Shown here: piece after piece, positions 42,957 through 53,552 of the stretch
How positions within the stretch are numbered: position 1 is the stretch's first letter
How the letters are laid out: the number at the start of each line of letters is the position of its first letter
Source of the DNA: an uncultured delta proteobacterium
GTDB lineage: Bacteria > Myxococcota_A > Polyangia > Polyangiales > B10-G4
DNA: 64,000 nucleotides
Direction: 5' to 3'
Assembly (NCBI GenBank): GCA_963727445.1
Contig: CAVSGI010000010.1
Location: forward strand, 384,001 to 448,000
Translations under genes and position numbers: made by a program
Notes under the pieces: model-generated
Seen by the model: the letters and a program-made list of their open reading frames with translations, nothing else
Told to the model about the DNA's origin: nothing
Database searches by the model: none

Positions 42957-45900
42957 CTATGCCCCCTCTTTATCCCTTCGGGCGAGGCGGCGCTCTTCGA
43001 AGAAGCTGTAGAGAACCGGGACCACGAAGAGGGTGATGAGCTCGATGCTCATCCCGCCGAAGATGGGGATGGCCATCGGCGCCATGACGTCGCCGCCGCG
43101 GCCGGTCGACATGATCACCGGCAGGAGCGCGATGAGGGTCGTGGCGGTGGTCATCAAGCACGGCCGCACACGGCGCTTTCCGGCTTCGACGGTTTGGTGG
43201 CGGACGTCCTCAGCGGTCTGGGGAGGCTCCGCCTCGAGGCGCTGCTTCATGTAGGTGGCGACGATCACGCCGTCGTCGGTGGCGATGCCGATGAGGGCGA
43301 TGAAGCCGACCCAGACCGCGACCGAGAGGTTCATCGGCCCGAGGCCGAGGAGCTGCGCGATGCTCTCGGGGACGAAGGGCAGGTGGCCCCAGAGCCAGAG
43401 CAGGATGATGCCGCCGCTCAGCGCCACAGCGACACCGGTGAGGATGGTCAACGCCACCGTGCTCCGGCGGAACTGGAGGTAGAGCAGCATGAAGACCAGC
43501 GCGATGGTGACGGGCACCAATAGCCCGAGGCGGTGCTCACTGCGTACCTGGTTTTCGTAGGTGCCGGCGAAGGAGAAGGTCACCCCGGCGGGGCGTTCGA
43601 TCAAGTCGGCGTCGATGGCGGCTTCGAGGCGCGCGCGTGCCGCCTCCACAGCTTCGACCTCGGCGACGTCCACCTCCTTGTCGAAGAGGACGTAGGCGGT
43701 CGGGAAGGAGTCCTCGCTCTTGATGACCTGGGGGCCGCGCACGTACTCGAGGGTCGCGAGTTGCTCGAGAGGGATTTCCTCGCCCATGGGCGTGGAGACG
43801 CGCACTCGGCCGATCGCCTCGACGCTGTCGCGCTCCTCCCGGGGGTAGCGCACGCGGACCGCGAAGCGCTCGCGACCCTCGATGGTGCGGGTCACGGTCT
43901 GACCGCCCAGCGCGGTCTGGATCACGCGCTGCACAGCTTCGATGGTGAGCCCGTAGCGACCGAGCGCTTCTCGGTCGAGATCGATCTCGAGGTAGGGCTT
44001 GCCCACCACGCGGTCGGCGAAGACTGTCTCGCGACGAAGCTGCGGGACTTCCTTGAGCACCTCCTCGGCGGCGAAGGCGAAGGCCTCGATCGATTCGAGG
44101 TCGGGGCCCCGGATCTTGAGCCCCATGGGCGCGCGCATGCCCGATCTGAAGCATCACGATGCGGGTGGAGATGGGTTGAAGAAAGGGCGCCGACGTGAGG
44201 CCCGGCATGGAAGCCGCGGCGACGATCTCGTCCCAGATGTCGTGTGAGGTCCGGATGTGATCGCGCCAGTTTCGGACGCGGTTGCCTTCGTCGTCCTCCG
44301 TGTACTCGGGGACGAAGGTGATCAATGTCTCGATCATGGAGACCGGCGCCGGGTCGAGGGCGCTGTCGATGCGTCCGAGCTTGCCCACGACGCGGTCGAC
44401 CTCGGGCACGTTGGCGATCGCCGCGTCGAGACGGCTGAGCATCTCCTCCACTTCCCCGATGGACGCGTGGGGCATGGTGGAGGGCATGTACAGGAACGCG
44501 CCTTCGTCGAAGGGCGGCATGTACTCGTGGCCCAGGCCGGGAAAGACGGTCGTCAACTTTCGCACCGGCGTGCTGGTGCGGATAGCGTCGGGCAGAAACG
44601 ACGTCAGGCGATCCGCGCCGAACCAACAGAACGCGCCGCCGATGACGAGGAGCAGAGGGGTCGCCAGAAACGCGGCGCGATTTGCGAGGAAGAAGCGAAG
44701 CAGTGTCTCGTAGAAGTGCCGGAAGAGGGCGAAGGAGCCCAGGATCAGGCCCGAGGTCGAGAGGACGAAGAGAGTGTTGACGAAGAGCCCGGCGTCGGGG
44801 CCGAGCGGCTGCCAGTCGCGACCGAGGAGCACGGCGACGCCGAGCACGGCGACGGCGATGAACACGTCGATGAGGCGGCGGCGCTTCTTGGCGGCCGGGT
44901 CATCGGTCGCGGCGCTCTGGCGACGGAGGAAGAGACGGGCGGCGGCGGGGAGGATCGAGCGCGGCGATCAGGAACGACGCGATCAAGGCGAAAGTCTTGG
45001 TCGCGGCGAGCGGGGTGAAGAGCTTGCCTTCGGAGGCGGTGAGCGCGAAGACGGGCAAGAAGCTCACGACCGTGGTCGCGGTCGAGGTGAGGACGGCGGG
45101 CGCGACCTCCGCGGCGCCCTCCTCGATGACCTTCACCCGCGACTCGGTCGGCTCGCGCTCGTCGAGGTGCCGCTGCACGTTCTCGACGATGACGATGCCC
45201 ATGTCGACCATGGTCCCGATCGCGATCGCGATGCCGGCGAGGGCCATCACGTTGGCGTCGACCCCGAAGGTCTTCATCGCCACGAAAGCGCCGAGGACTC
45301 CGAGGGGGAGGAGCCCCGCGACCAGCGTGGCGCTCCGCGGATCACGGAGCATCACCAGCACCACCAGGAGCGCTATGAGGATTCTGCGACCAGAGCGCTG
45401 ACGAGAGCGTGGAGAGGGTCTCCTCGATGAGCTCGGCGCGATCGTAGAAGGGGACGATGCTGACCTTCGAGACGCGCCCATCCTCGAGGGTGCGCTCGGG
45501 GAGCCCGCCCGCGATCTCCTCGATCTTGGCGTGGACGCGCTGGATCACCTCCATCGGGTTTTCGCCATAGCGAACGACCACCACCCCGCCGACCACCTCG
45601 GCGCCTTCGTCGTCGAGGACTCCCCGGCGCGGGGCCGGGCCGAGCGCGACGTGCCCCACGTCGCGAACGCGGATCGGGGTGTTGCTCGCGGCTGGCGATG
45701 ACGGTGCTCTCGAGATCGGACAGGTCCTGAACGAGACCGAGCCCGCGCACCAGATACTCGACGCGGTTGACCTCGAGGGTGCGGGCGCCGACGTCGAGGT
45801 TGGTGCCGCGGAGCGCGCGGACGACGTCGTCGAGGCGCAGGTCGGCCGCGGCCAGGGCTTCGGGATCGACGTCCACCTGATATTCGCGGACGTGGCCCCC

Positions 45901-46491
45901 GATGGAGGCGACCTCGGCTACGCCGGGCACCGACTGCAGGGCGTAACGCACCGTGAAATCCTGCAGAGCCCGAAGCTCGTGGAGGGCCCAACCGCCGGCG
46001 AGGGCTCCGTCCTCGTCGTGCCCTTCGAGGGTGTACCAATAGACCTGGCCGAGGGCGGTGGCGTCGGGGCCGAGGGTGGGGGTGGCGTCGGGAGGAAGTG
46101 TATCCGGCGGCAGGGCGGCGAGCTTTTCGAGGACGCGGGAGCGCGCCCAGTAGAACTCCACGTCGTCCTCGAAGATGACGTAGATGGTGGAAAAGCCGAG
46201 CATCGAGCTCGAGCGCACGGTGCGCACGCCCGGCATGCCGAGGAGCGCCGTCGTCAGCGGATAGGTGACCTGGTCCTCGACGTCGCGCGGCGAGCGTCCG
46301 GCCCACTCCGTGAAGACGATCTGCTGGTTTTCGCCGACATCGGGGATGGCGTCGACCGGGACGCGCTCGCGCGGGATGCCGCCGTAGTCGTGATCGAAGG
46401 GCGAAGTCGAGAGGCCGCCCAGGATCAACAGACCCACCAGCACCACCGCCGCCGCCGGGCTCTCGACGAAGAAGCCGATGACGCGCGACAT
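42957..46491 (-). CDS. cusA: CusA/CzcA heavy-metal RND permease, broken by four frameshifts (about 45683, 45382, 44955, 44145)
   Basis: DAIPDVGENQ, LGPDATALGQV, GIAIAIGTMVD, EGKLFTPLA, PPFDEG, GIATDDG, RVRPCLMT lie in collinear overlapping ORF pieces. Confidence 0.93.
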
Positions 46492-48458
46492 CAGTGCATG
46501 TCTCCGTCGTCGACGCGTTGGAGAGTCATCCCGCAGATGGGGCAGCGGCCCGGCTGGGGCTCGCGAATCTGCGGGTGCATGGGGCAGGTGTAAACGTGCG
46601 CATTCTCGTTCCCGTTCCCGCGCGCGTTCCCATTCCCGTTCCCGCGCGCGTTCCCGTTCCCGCGCGCGTTCCCGTTCCCGTTCCCGCGCGCGTTCCCGTT
46701 CCCGTTCCCGCCCGCCGGCGGATACGCCTCTCTCTCGGTCCCGCAGGTGCGCATCTCCTCGCCGAAGTAGGCGTTGTCGACCTCGGCGCTCCGCTGGACC
46801 CAGTCGGCACCAGCGAAGTCGAAGGCCATGGGGCAGTGGATGCGGTGAGCGCTTTCGTCGGTGGGGTTGCCGAAGGTCTCGAAGACCGAGATCGCCGCCG
46901 TGCTCGCGCGGTGGAATGCCTGGCGGGCGACATCGAGGGAGCGCGCGCCGTGAATGTCGTGGCCGGCGTCGATGAGCGTCCGGCGCATCGGCGCCCAGGC
47001 TTCCGCGGCATCGGCCGGCGCCGTGGGGGCGAAGGCCTCTGCCGCCTCCATCATGGCGTGCGCCGCATGCTTGGCGGCCTCGAGGTCGTCGGCGGCCAGG
47101 GCGGTGCTCAGGTCGAGGTAGGGGTCCATCACGGACGCGAGGGACAGCCGGAAGGCGCTGCCGATGCTCTGCGCCAGGGCCCCGGGGGCCGTGCGATTGT
47201 CGGGGTGCATCATCATCGAATGGCCACCACGGATCTGGAGCTCGGCGTCGATGGCGAAGGCGCCTTCGACGACGACCACCTCACCCTCGGCGAGTCCGGA
47301 CAGGACCGGGTAGACGTCACCGGACCGCGGCCCGAGGCGAACGCTCCGCGGCGCGTAGGTCGGCGTATCCATGCCCGCGACTTCGACGTAGACGATGGAG
47401 CGCCGGCCGGTGAAGAGGGGCGCAGAGGCGGGGATCACCAGCGGTGACTCCGCTTCGGTGCTCTGCACCTCGACCATCGCCTCGACGAACATGCCTGGCC
47501 TCAGGCGCCCCTCTTGAGAGTCGACCTCCACCCGCACGTGCGCCGTGCGCCGCATGGGATCGACGATCGGATCGACGAAGACCACGTGACCTTCGAGCAC
47601 CTCGCCGGGTAGCCCCTCGACGGTGAAGGTCACGGACTGCCCCTCGGCGAGGAGCGGTAGATCGCTCTCGTAGGCGTCGAGCTCCACCCAGAGCTTGTCG
47701 AGATCCGCGAGGCGATAGAGGACCGCGCCGGTCGAGACGTAGCTGCCCTCGGTGGCGACCCTTTCGAGCACCGTGCCGCTGAAGGGAGAGCGGATGCGCA
47801 CGGTGCGCGTCGGCGCGGACGCGTTCTCCATGCTCGCGACCTCCGCGTCGGGCAAGCCGAGCAGGCGCAGGCGCTGCCGCGCGGACTCGAGCGTGGCTTC
47901 GGCCGCGCGCCGCGCGGTTCCGGTGCCCGCCGAGAGGCGCGCGAGCTGCTGTCTGGCGACCAGCAGGTCCTGGTGCGCTGCGTAGACCTCCGGGCTGTAG
48001 AGCGTGGCGATGACCTGGCCGCGCCGGATGCGCTCCCCCGTCACGTCGACGTGGAGCCGCTCGATGCGACCGCCGATCCACGCCGTCACCTCGCGCCGCG
48101 TCGACTCGTCCGGGGAGATCTCGCCCAACAGACGTCGCGCACCTGCCGCGCCGGCGCGATGCACGACCGCCGTGCGCACCTGGGCCAGCGTCTTGGCGCG
48201 TTCGCTGAGCTGGACCTCCTCGCCGGTTTGCAGATCGCTGACGGGGATCAGGTCCATCCCGCAGATCGGGCACTGGCCAGGCTCGTTCGAGCGCACCTGC
48301 GGGTGCATGGCGCAGGTGTATTCGACCGTCTCGCCTTCCTCCGCGGTCGGCTCGGGTGTCGCCATGGCGCAGGTGCCGAAGACGAAAGCGAGGGTCGCCA
48401 CCAATGGCAGGAGGAGCCACGGACCGTATCGGAAGAGGTCTTCCTTTCGCTCACTCAT
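46491..48458 (-). CDS. cusB: CusB-type efflux adaptor with two YTCxMHP domains and a DUF3347-like domain
   Basis: YTCAMHP...CPICGM at both ends, LYSPE, LRPGMF, HCPMAF...W...NAYFG. Confidence 0.92.
   Translation of the reverse strand: MSERKEDLFRYGPWLLLPLVATLAFVFGTCAMATPEPTAEEGETVEYTCAMHPQVRSNEPGQCPICGMDLIPVSDLQTGEEVQLSERAKTLAQVRTAVVHRAGAAGARRLLGEISPDESTRREVTAWIGGRIERLHVDVTGERIRRGQVIATLYSPEVYAAHQDLLVARQQLARLSAGTGTARRAAEATLESARQRLRLLGLPDAEVASMENASAPTRTVRIRSPFSGTVLERVATEGSYVSTGAVLYRLADLDKLWVELDAYESDLPLLAEGQSVTFTVEGLPGEVLEGHVVFVDPIVDPMRRTAHVRVEVDSQEGRLRPGMFVEAMVEVQSTEAESPLVIPASAPLFTGRRSIVYVEVAGMDTPTYAPRSVRLGPRSGDVYPVLSGLAEGEVVVVEGAFAIDAELQIRGGHSMMMHPDNRTAPGALAQSIGSAFRLSLASVMDPYLDLSTALAADDLEAAKHAAHAMMEAAEAFAPTAPADAAEAWAPMRRTLIDAGHDIHGARSLDVARQAFHRASTAAISVFETFGNPTDESAHRIHCPMAFDFAGADWVQRSAEVDNAYFGEEMRTCGTEREAYPPAGGNGNGNARGNGNGNARGNGNARGNGNGNARGNGNENAHVYTCPMHPQIREPQPGRCPICGMTLQRVDDGDMH
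46608..46710. repeat. Short tandem repeat (ttcccg)n-cgcgcg encoding a (GN)nAR linker in cusB
   Basis: GNGNGNARGNGNGNARGNGNARGNGNGNARGNGN. Confidence 0.9.
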
Positions 48459-49806
48459 CGCCCGCCTCCCGTCGCTCCACGCGCGAGCCCACCGCGTGCT
48501 CGAGACGCGCCCACGCTGTCGCGTGCTCTGCGCGCGCGTTCACCTCCTCGACGCCGATCTCGATCAACGCCGACACCGCCCAGAGCACTTGCGCGATGTC
48601 GGCTTGGCCCGCCGAATAGCCTCCCAGTGCGGCCTCGTAGGCACCCTCTGCCTGCGGGACGAGCGTATTTTCGTAGAGGAGCACGCGGCGCGCCGAGTCG
48701 CGCACCTGCGAGAGCGCCACACTCATCGCCTCCTCGGCGTGGTCGGCCGCGGCTTCACCCGCCGCCCGGGAAGCGGCCGCTTCGGCGTGACGCGCCTCGG
48801 CGGCCTCGCGGTAGGTGCCGTACCAGAGCGGCACGCTGACCGCGACGGAGACGATCAGCGGGTCCTTGCCGCTGCCCTGCACCCCCGCTGTGACGGCGCT
48901 GCCGGTCTCGATCCAGTCGAAGCCCAGCTCGAAGCTCGGCAGACCGCGCGCGGCCTCGGCATCCCCCGCCGTATCCTGAGACGCCGCGTCCTGTTCGAAG
49001 GCGGCGACGCTGGGATGCGACCGCGCCATCGCGCGCATCGTCTCTTCGTCGGTCGCGGGGAGGGCGACCTGGGTCGGGTCTTCGGCGGTGGGGAGCGCCA
49101 CCTCCGAGCCCACGCCGAGGACCGCTCGGAGCTCGGCGGCGGCGGCTCGCTGCATCTGTCGGTGCCGGTCGCGGTGGTCGTGGTGGCGCTCGACCCGGAG
49201 ATCGAGCTGCGCGAGGTCGCCCACGTTCGCCTGCCCGATCTCGACCCGCGCGCGCACGGTCTCGAGGAGCGCGTCGAGGAGCCCGTCCTGATCCGCGAGC
49301 AGCGCGTGGATGCGGCGGATCCGCCAGAGCTCGTAGTACGCTTCCACGACGCGCCGCTCCACAGCGAGGGCCTCCGCTTCGAAGCGCTCGCTGGCGGCGC
49401 GCGCCGCGAGGGCAGCGGACTCGCCTCCCGCGCTCACCTGTGTCGGCCAGGGGAGGCGTTGCCTCAAGCCCACCCGATGGCGCTGCGGACCCACCCGCGT
49501 CTCGACGCTGCGGATGAAGTAGCCGTAGCTCACCATCGGGTCCGGCAGACGCCGCGCGCCGGAGATGCGGAGCGTGGCCGCCTTCCATCGCCCGTAGCTC
49601 GCTTCGAGCGTCGGGCTCTCGGCGAGGGCGTGGGTGACGTAGGCCTGCACCGACCCGTCGAAGCTCGGCGCGCCTTCCCGTTGGGCTTCGGCAGCACGTT
49701 CACGCCCGAAACGGCGCAGATCACTGCGAACGCTCTGCTCCGTGCTGCCTGCACATCCCGCGATCGCCACGACGAGCGTCGCGATCGCCATCTTCCTCTG
49801 ACTCAT
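48451..49806 (-). CDS. cusC: TolC/CusC-type outer-membrane efflux lipoprotein
   Basis: IAGC lipobox, LPDPM, VETRVGPQ, QRLPW, SVPLW; first gene of cusCBA; start 49806-49815. Confidence 0.88.
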   Translation of the reverse strand: MSQRKMAIATLVVAIAGCAGSTEQSVRSDLRRFGRERAAEAQREGAPSFDGSVQAYVTHALAESPTLEASYGRWKAATLRISGARRLPDPMVSYGYFIRSVETRVGPQRHRVGLRQRLPWPTQVSAGGESAALAARAASERFEAEALAVERRVVEAYYELWRIRRIHALLADQDGLLDALLETVRARVEIGQANVGDLAQLDLRVERHHDHRDRHRQMQRAAAAELRAVLGVGSEVALPTAEDPTQVALPATDEETMRAMARSHPSVAAFEQDAASQDTAGDAEAARGLPSFELGFDWIETGSAVTAGVQGSGKDPLIVSVAVSVPLWYGTYREAAEARHAEAAASRAAGEAAADHAEEAMSVALSQVRDSARRVLLYENTLVPQAEGAYEAALGGYSAGQADIAQVLWAVSALIEIGVEEVNARAEHATAWARLEHAVGSRVERREAGDE

Positions 49807-49932
49807 CTCCATCACCTCTCGCAGAGAGATCCGTTTGGTCCTCCGTCGTACGGACGGCGGCCCATCGCCAAACCGGCGAGGCTCAGGCGACCACTGCGCG
49901 CACGAAAGCCGTGGCGGCGGTCGCCGCGCGGA

Positions 49933-50322
49933 TCAGATCACGAGGACGATGGTGCGCGTCGGCGGCGCCCGATCCGGTGGACGTTCGACGATCGGTCGAA
50001 AGCCGCGCGGGTCGGGACCCTGGCTTCCGTGCAGCGCGCCGAGCGGCGCGTGGAGGATGGCGAGGGGGGGGCCGCCGATCTCGGGCGTCGAGGCGGTCGT
50101 GGAGGAGGGCGAGCTGTCCGCGACGAAAGGCCGCTGACAGCAGCTGTGATGAACGCGCTCGACAGCCGGCGCTTCGTCGTGGGCGCAGCAGCCGGGGATC
50201 GGAGGCGCGACCTCGAGCCGCGAGTAGCACTCGTCCAGCCCCACGAGGGTCTGCCCGGAGACCGCGAGGGTCATCAGGGACAGGAGGGCGGCGACAGAGC
50301 CTCTGAGGATCGCGCGGAGCAC
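49933..50322 (-). CDS. Small exported Cys/His-rich protein with C-terminal RAPP motif (candidate metal-sensing leader peptide)
   Basis: Hydrophobic N-terminus, C..GCCAHD..HHSCC, ERPPDRAPP at 49960-49971; upstream TTGCAA-N18-CATAAT. Confidence 0.75.
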   Translation of the reverse strand: MLRAILRGSVAALLSLMTLAVSGQTLVGLDECYSRLEVAPPIPGCCAHDEAPAVERVHHSCCQRPFVADSSPSSTTASTPEIGGPPLAILHAPLGALHGSQGPDPRGFRPIVERPPDRAPPTRTIVLVI

Positions 50323-50406
50323 GACGACCACAATTATGTGCGGCCCGATGCTCCCGTTGCAAGCTGAGCACTTTACGCCTGCGCAAGCGTTCCGTAGCGT
50401 TCGGGC

Positions 50407-50748
50407 ATGTCCCCAATTCGTCTGGCCGTCGCTCTCCTCGTCCTCCTCTCGGCTTGCGACGACGTGGCCGAGGCGCCCGCCGAGGGGCCGGTGCGTCACG
50501 CGATCGAGGTCGACGCCCACGGTTACCACCCGGATCGCGTCGAGGCGCGGGCAGGGGAGCCCGTGACCCTCGTCTTCACGCGCACCACCGAAGAGGGCTG
50601 CGGCGACGAGCTGGTGATCGAGAGCGAAGGGATCCGCCGCGAACTGCCCGTCGGTGAGGCGGTGGAGGTCACCTTCACCCCGGAGGCCGGCGAGGTGAGC
50701 TTCGCCTGTGGCATGAACATGTACCGCGGCACCGTCGTCGTTCGGTGA
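50407..50748 (+). CDS. Cupredoxin-domain lipoprotein (CupA-like)
   Basis: LSAC lipobox, GYHP, EGCG, FACGMNMYRG. Confidence 0.9.
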   Translation: MSPIRLAVALLVLLSACDDVAEAPAEGPVRHAIEVDAHGYHPDRVEARAGEPVTLVFTRTTEEGCGDELVIESEGIRRELPVGEAVEVTFTPEAGEVSFACGMNMYRGTVVVR

Positions 50749-50834
50749 AGGTGCGTGGGACGCTCCGCCTCGAGCGCCGATGTACGTGTTGCCCCGCCGA
50801 GCGGCGCGCGTAGATGGGCCCTCGGAGGCGATGG

Positions 50835-51419
50835 ATGAGAGACATCATTTTTCCGATGTTGGCGTTGCTCGCGGCCTGCGGCGGGCCACAGGATCCCGCG
50901 ACCGAGAATCTGACCGCGGATGAGCACGAGGCCGAGGCCGAACGAGAGGAGGCCGAGGCAGATGAGCAGGAATCCCTCGCGACCCACGTGTACAGCGCGA
51001 GCGAGTACGACCCCACCGATGCGCGTTTGGCGGTCGCGGAAGAGCATCGTGACCACGCCGAGGCGCACCGTCGCCAGGCGGAGCGGCTGCGCGCCTTCGA
51101 AAACGCGCAGTGCGCGGAGTTCAGCGAGTCCGCCAGGTCCGCTTGCCCGTTCCTGTTGGGGCTACGCGAGATCGAGGATGTCGACGGCGGAGTCAGGGTC
51201 GTCTTCGACAGCGACGCGCCCATCGACGCCATCGTCGACCACATCCGCTGCCACCTCGCCTTCGTCGCGGCCCAGGGTGACGAAGGCATCGAGGACTGCG
51301 CCCTCTACGTTCCCGGTGCCGCAGTCCAGGAGCTGGACGGCGTGGTCGTGCTCACCACGGACCAACCGGATCAGGTTGCCGAGCTGCGCCGTCGAGTTCG
51401 CCTGCAGGAGGAACACTGA
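50835..51419 (+). CDS. Hypothetical His/Cys-containing lipoprotein
   Basis: LAAC lipobox, EHEAEA, FENAQC...ACP, RCH, CAL. Confidence 0.75.
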   Translation: MRDIIFPMLALLAACGGPQDPATENLTADEHEAEAEREEAEADEQESLATHVYSASEYDPTDARLAVAEEHRDHAEAHRRQAERLRAFENAQCAEFSESARSACPFLLGLREIEDVDGGVRVVFDSDAPIDAIVDHIRCHLAFVAAQGDEGIEDCALYVPGAAVQELDGVVVLTTDQPDQVAELRRRVRLQEEH

Positions 51420-51429
51420 CAGCGATGTG

Positions 51430-52359
51430 TCACGCCGCCTTTTGTGAGAGCTTGGCGAGGCGTGCCGCCTCGGTGGCGGGCTCGGTGACGTCGTAGCCGA
51501 CAGAGCGGCTGAGCAGGGCGATCAGCGTCTCCCAAACGCGCGATGCGAAGAGGAAACGGGGGACCGTGACCTGAGTGTCGAGGACGAGCGCCATCCCATA
51601 CCACGCCGGCACGAGCCGGACCGCGTCGAGGGCGAAGCTCATCCTGGGCCAGAGGGGCCCCACGAGGTGGAGCTCACCCTCGCGGAGGATGACGGTGCTC
51701 ACCGCCAGGCACTCGAGGAGACAGACGAAGAAGGTGGCGAGGACCGTGAGGCCGAGTGCCCAGCTGAAGTCGATGGAGCTGGCGAAGACGCAGGCGAGGA
51801 ACAGGATGCAGAACGCGAGCAACCGCGGGGTCCCCAATGCCACGTCGGCGTGAAAGCCCAGGTCGCTTTGTTCGCGCGAAGCGAACCGACGGATCTCCTC
51901 TTCCGGCGCCAGCACGTCATAGCCGGCGAGCTCGATGAGCAGGGGCATGACTTCGCGACGGGCCTCGACGGTCAGCTCCTCGACGTAGACGACCATCTCG
52001 CCTTCGCGGTCGAGTGCGACGCGTCCGGTGGAGACGCGGTGAATGAGGAGATCGAGGTAGTCGATTCGCCGGTCGGTTCCGTCGGCGTAGACCAGGCGCA
52101 CGATCGACCTCTCGATCTCGAGGCGTACGGGACGGGGCGCCGTGAACGAGGTGCTGATGGGCACCATCGCCAGCGTCCCGACGAGGAGCAGGCCCCCGGC
52201 GGCGATCCCCACCCACCCCTCGGCCGTGGCACAGAGCGCCACCCCGGCGACGAGGGTGATCGCCATGACGCCCAGGGCGGAGGCCCACACCTCGGTGTGC
52301 AGCGGCAGCTGAACTGAACGCGCCCCCGGGGATGGGTGATGTCGGTAGGGGGAGGGCAT
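51430..52359 (-). CDS. Hypothetical membrane protein (two TM pairs, each followed by a small domain)
   Basis: SPYR N-terminus, four hydrophobic segments. Confidence 0.6.
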   Translation of the reverse strand: MPSPYRHHPSPGARSVQLPLHTEVWASALGVMAITLVAGVALCATAEGWVGIAAGGLLLVGTLAMVPISTSFTAPRPVRLEIERSIVRLVYADGTDRRIDYLDLLIHRVSTGRVALDREGEMVVYVEELTVEARREVMPLLIELAGYDVLAPEEEIRRFASREQSDLGFHADVALGTPRLLAFCILFLACVFASSIDFSWALGLTVLATFFVCLLECLAVSTVILREGELHLVGPLWPRMSFALDAVRLVPAWYGMALVLDTQVTVPRFLFASRVWETLIALLSRSVGYDVTEPATEAARLAKLSQKAA

Positions 52360-52455
52360 GGCTCTACGAGGAGCAAGCCGCGTTCCATTCCCATTCGCCC
52401 GTAAGGGGAGGGTGAGAGCGCTCTCGGGGGCCCATCGCGTCGGGCAAGATCTCTC

Positions 52456-52476
52456 GCTGGTGCAGCCTGCACCAGC
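52456..52476. repeat. Perfect inverted repeat GCTGGTGCAG-C-CTGCACCAGC (hairpin or operator)
   Basis: 10-bp arms just 3' of the acyltransferase stop; no U-tract. Confidence 0.5.
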
Positions 52477-52482
52477 ACGAGC

Positions 52483-53535
52483 TCAGACGAAGCGGGCGGG
52501 GCCCCGCACCCCGTCGCTCTCCTCGCCCTCCCCGTAGCGGTAGGGCGGATCGAGGAGCTCGTTGATGCGGTCCATCACCACGTCCACGTATCCCTGGAAG
52601 CGATCGTGATGGGCGTGCTCGGCCTCTGGGGTGAAGGGCTGGAAGTCGTCCTCGGTGTGGAAGCGCGACATCTGGTCGTAGGTGATCGGCTGGCCGAAGC
52701 GATAGACGATGTCGCCGCCGCCCCGCGCGATCGGCGAGCTGGTGCGGTACACCTCGTTCGAGCCGTTGCAGCCCACGGGGACGATGGTGCGCCGATGCTT
52801 GAGCGCGATCTGCGCGATGCCCCCGTGCCCGCGCGAGAGCTGCACGGAGCGCGTCCCCTGGGGGAAGATCAGCGTGTCGAGGCCCTTGTCGAGCGCCTCG
52901 GCGTTCAGCTCCGTGAAGATGCCCATCATCTCCTTGAAGAGCTCGACGATGGCCAACGCGTAGTCCTCGTGACGCGGGTCGAAGGGGCGCCCGAGGAGAT
53001 CGCGCGCTTCGGTAAGCACGCGCGGTGGCACGCCGGAGGCGTCGACCTCGTCCCGGGCGGCGCCGGTCGCGAGCGAGATCGCGGCCGCCTCCACCATCGC
53101 GCGCAGCGTCTTGTATTCGTCTTCGGAAGGAGGCCGCCCCACGACGTTGACGAAGTCACGGGTCACGAGGTAGCCCCGGCTCACCGTCGGGATGTTGTTG
53201 GTGACCTCCATGAACTTCCCGACGTAGGGGTTCTGGTAGTACTTCCCTTTGACCCAGGTGGCGGTGAAGCGGCCCTCGTTGCGCCACAGCCAGTACTGGA
53301 ACGGCCAGTAGTTGTAGCGATCCGTGTGATTCATCGCGAAGAGCACCGGATGCTCGGGCACGTTGTCGAAGCCCTCGAAGCGGATCCGAACCCTGGGGGG
53401 CAGGTTGTAGTTCGGCATCAGGAGCATGTAGGCGACGAGCCGCTGGAAGCGCGGGTGCGCCGTCAGACGGATCGATCGGAGCCTGCCCAGGGTCAGCACG
53501 TTTTCGTTTTGCCGCTCCGGCCTCGTGGGTGTCAA
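52483..53535 (-). CDS. PlsC-like lysophospholipid acyltransferase with an internal insertion
   Basis: AMNHTDRYN, IFPQGTRS, IVPVG, RFGQPI; start uncertain. Confidence 0.82.
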   Translation of the reverse strand: MTPTRPERQNENVLTLGRLRSIRLTAHPRFQRLVAYMLLMPNYNLPPRVRIRFEGFDNVPEHPVLFAMNHTDRYNYWPFQYWLWRNEGRFTATWVKGKYYQNPYVGKFMEVTNNIPTVSRGYLVTRDFVNVVGRPPSEDEYKTLRAMVEAAAISLATGAARDEVDASGVPPRVLTEARDLLGRPFDPRHEDYALAIVELFKEMMGIFTELNAEALDKGLDTLIFPQGTRSVQLSRGHGGIAQIALKHRRTIVPVGCNGSNEVYRTSSPIARGGGDIVYRFGQPITYDQMSRFHTEDDFQPFTPEAEHAHHDRFQGYVDVVMDRINELLDPPYRYGEGEESDGVRGPARFV

Positions 53536-53552
53536 CCTCCGCCGAACGAGCG

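Noticed and set aside
42957..46491. cusA, aroC, ku and hlyD as true pseudogenes or programmed frameshifts
   Set aside because: No in-frame stops or decay, no slippery heptamers, and the breaks share one motif; sequencing artefact is more parsimonious, though unproven
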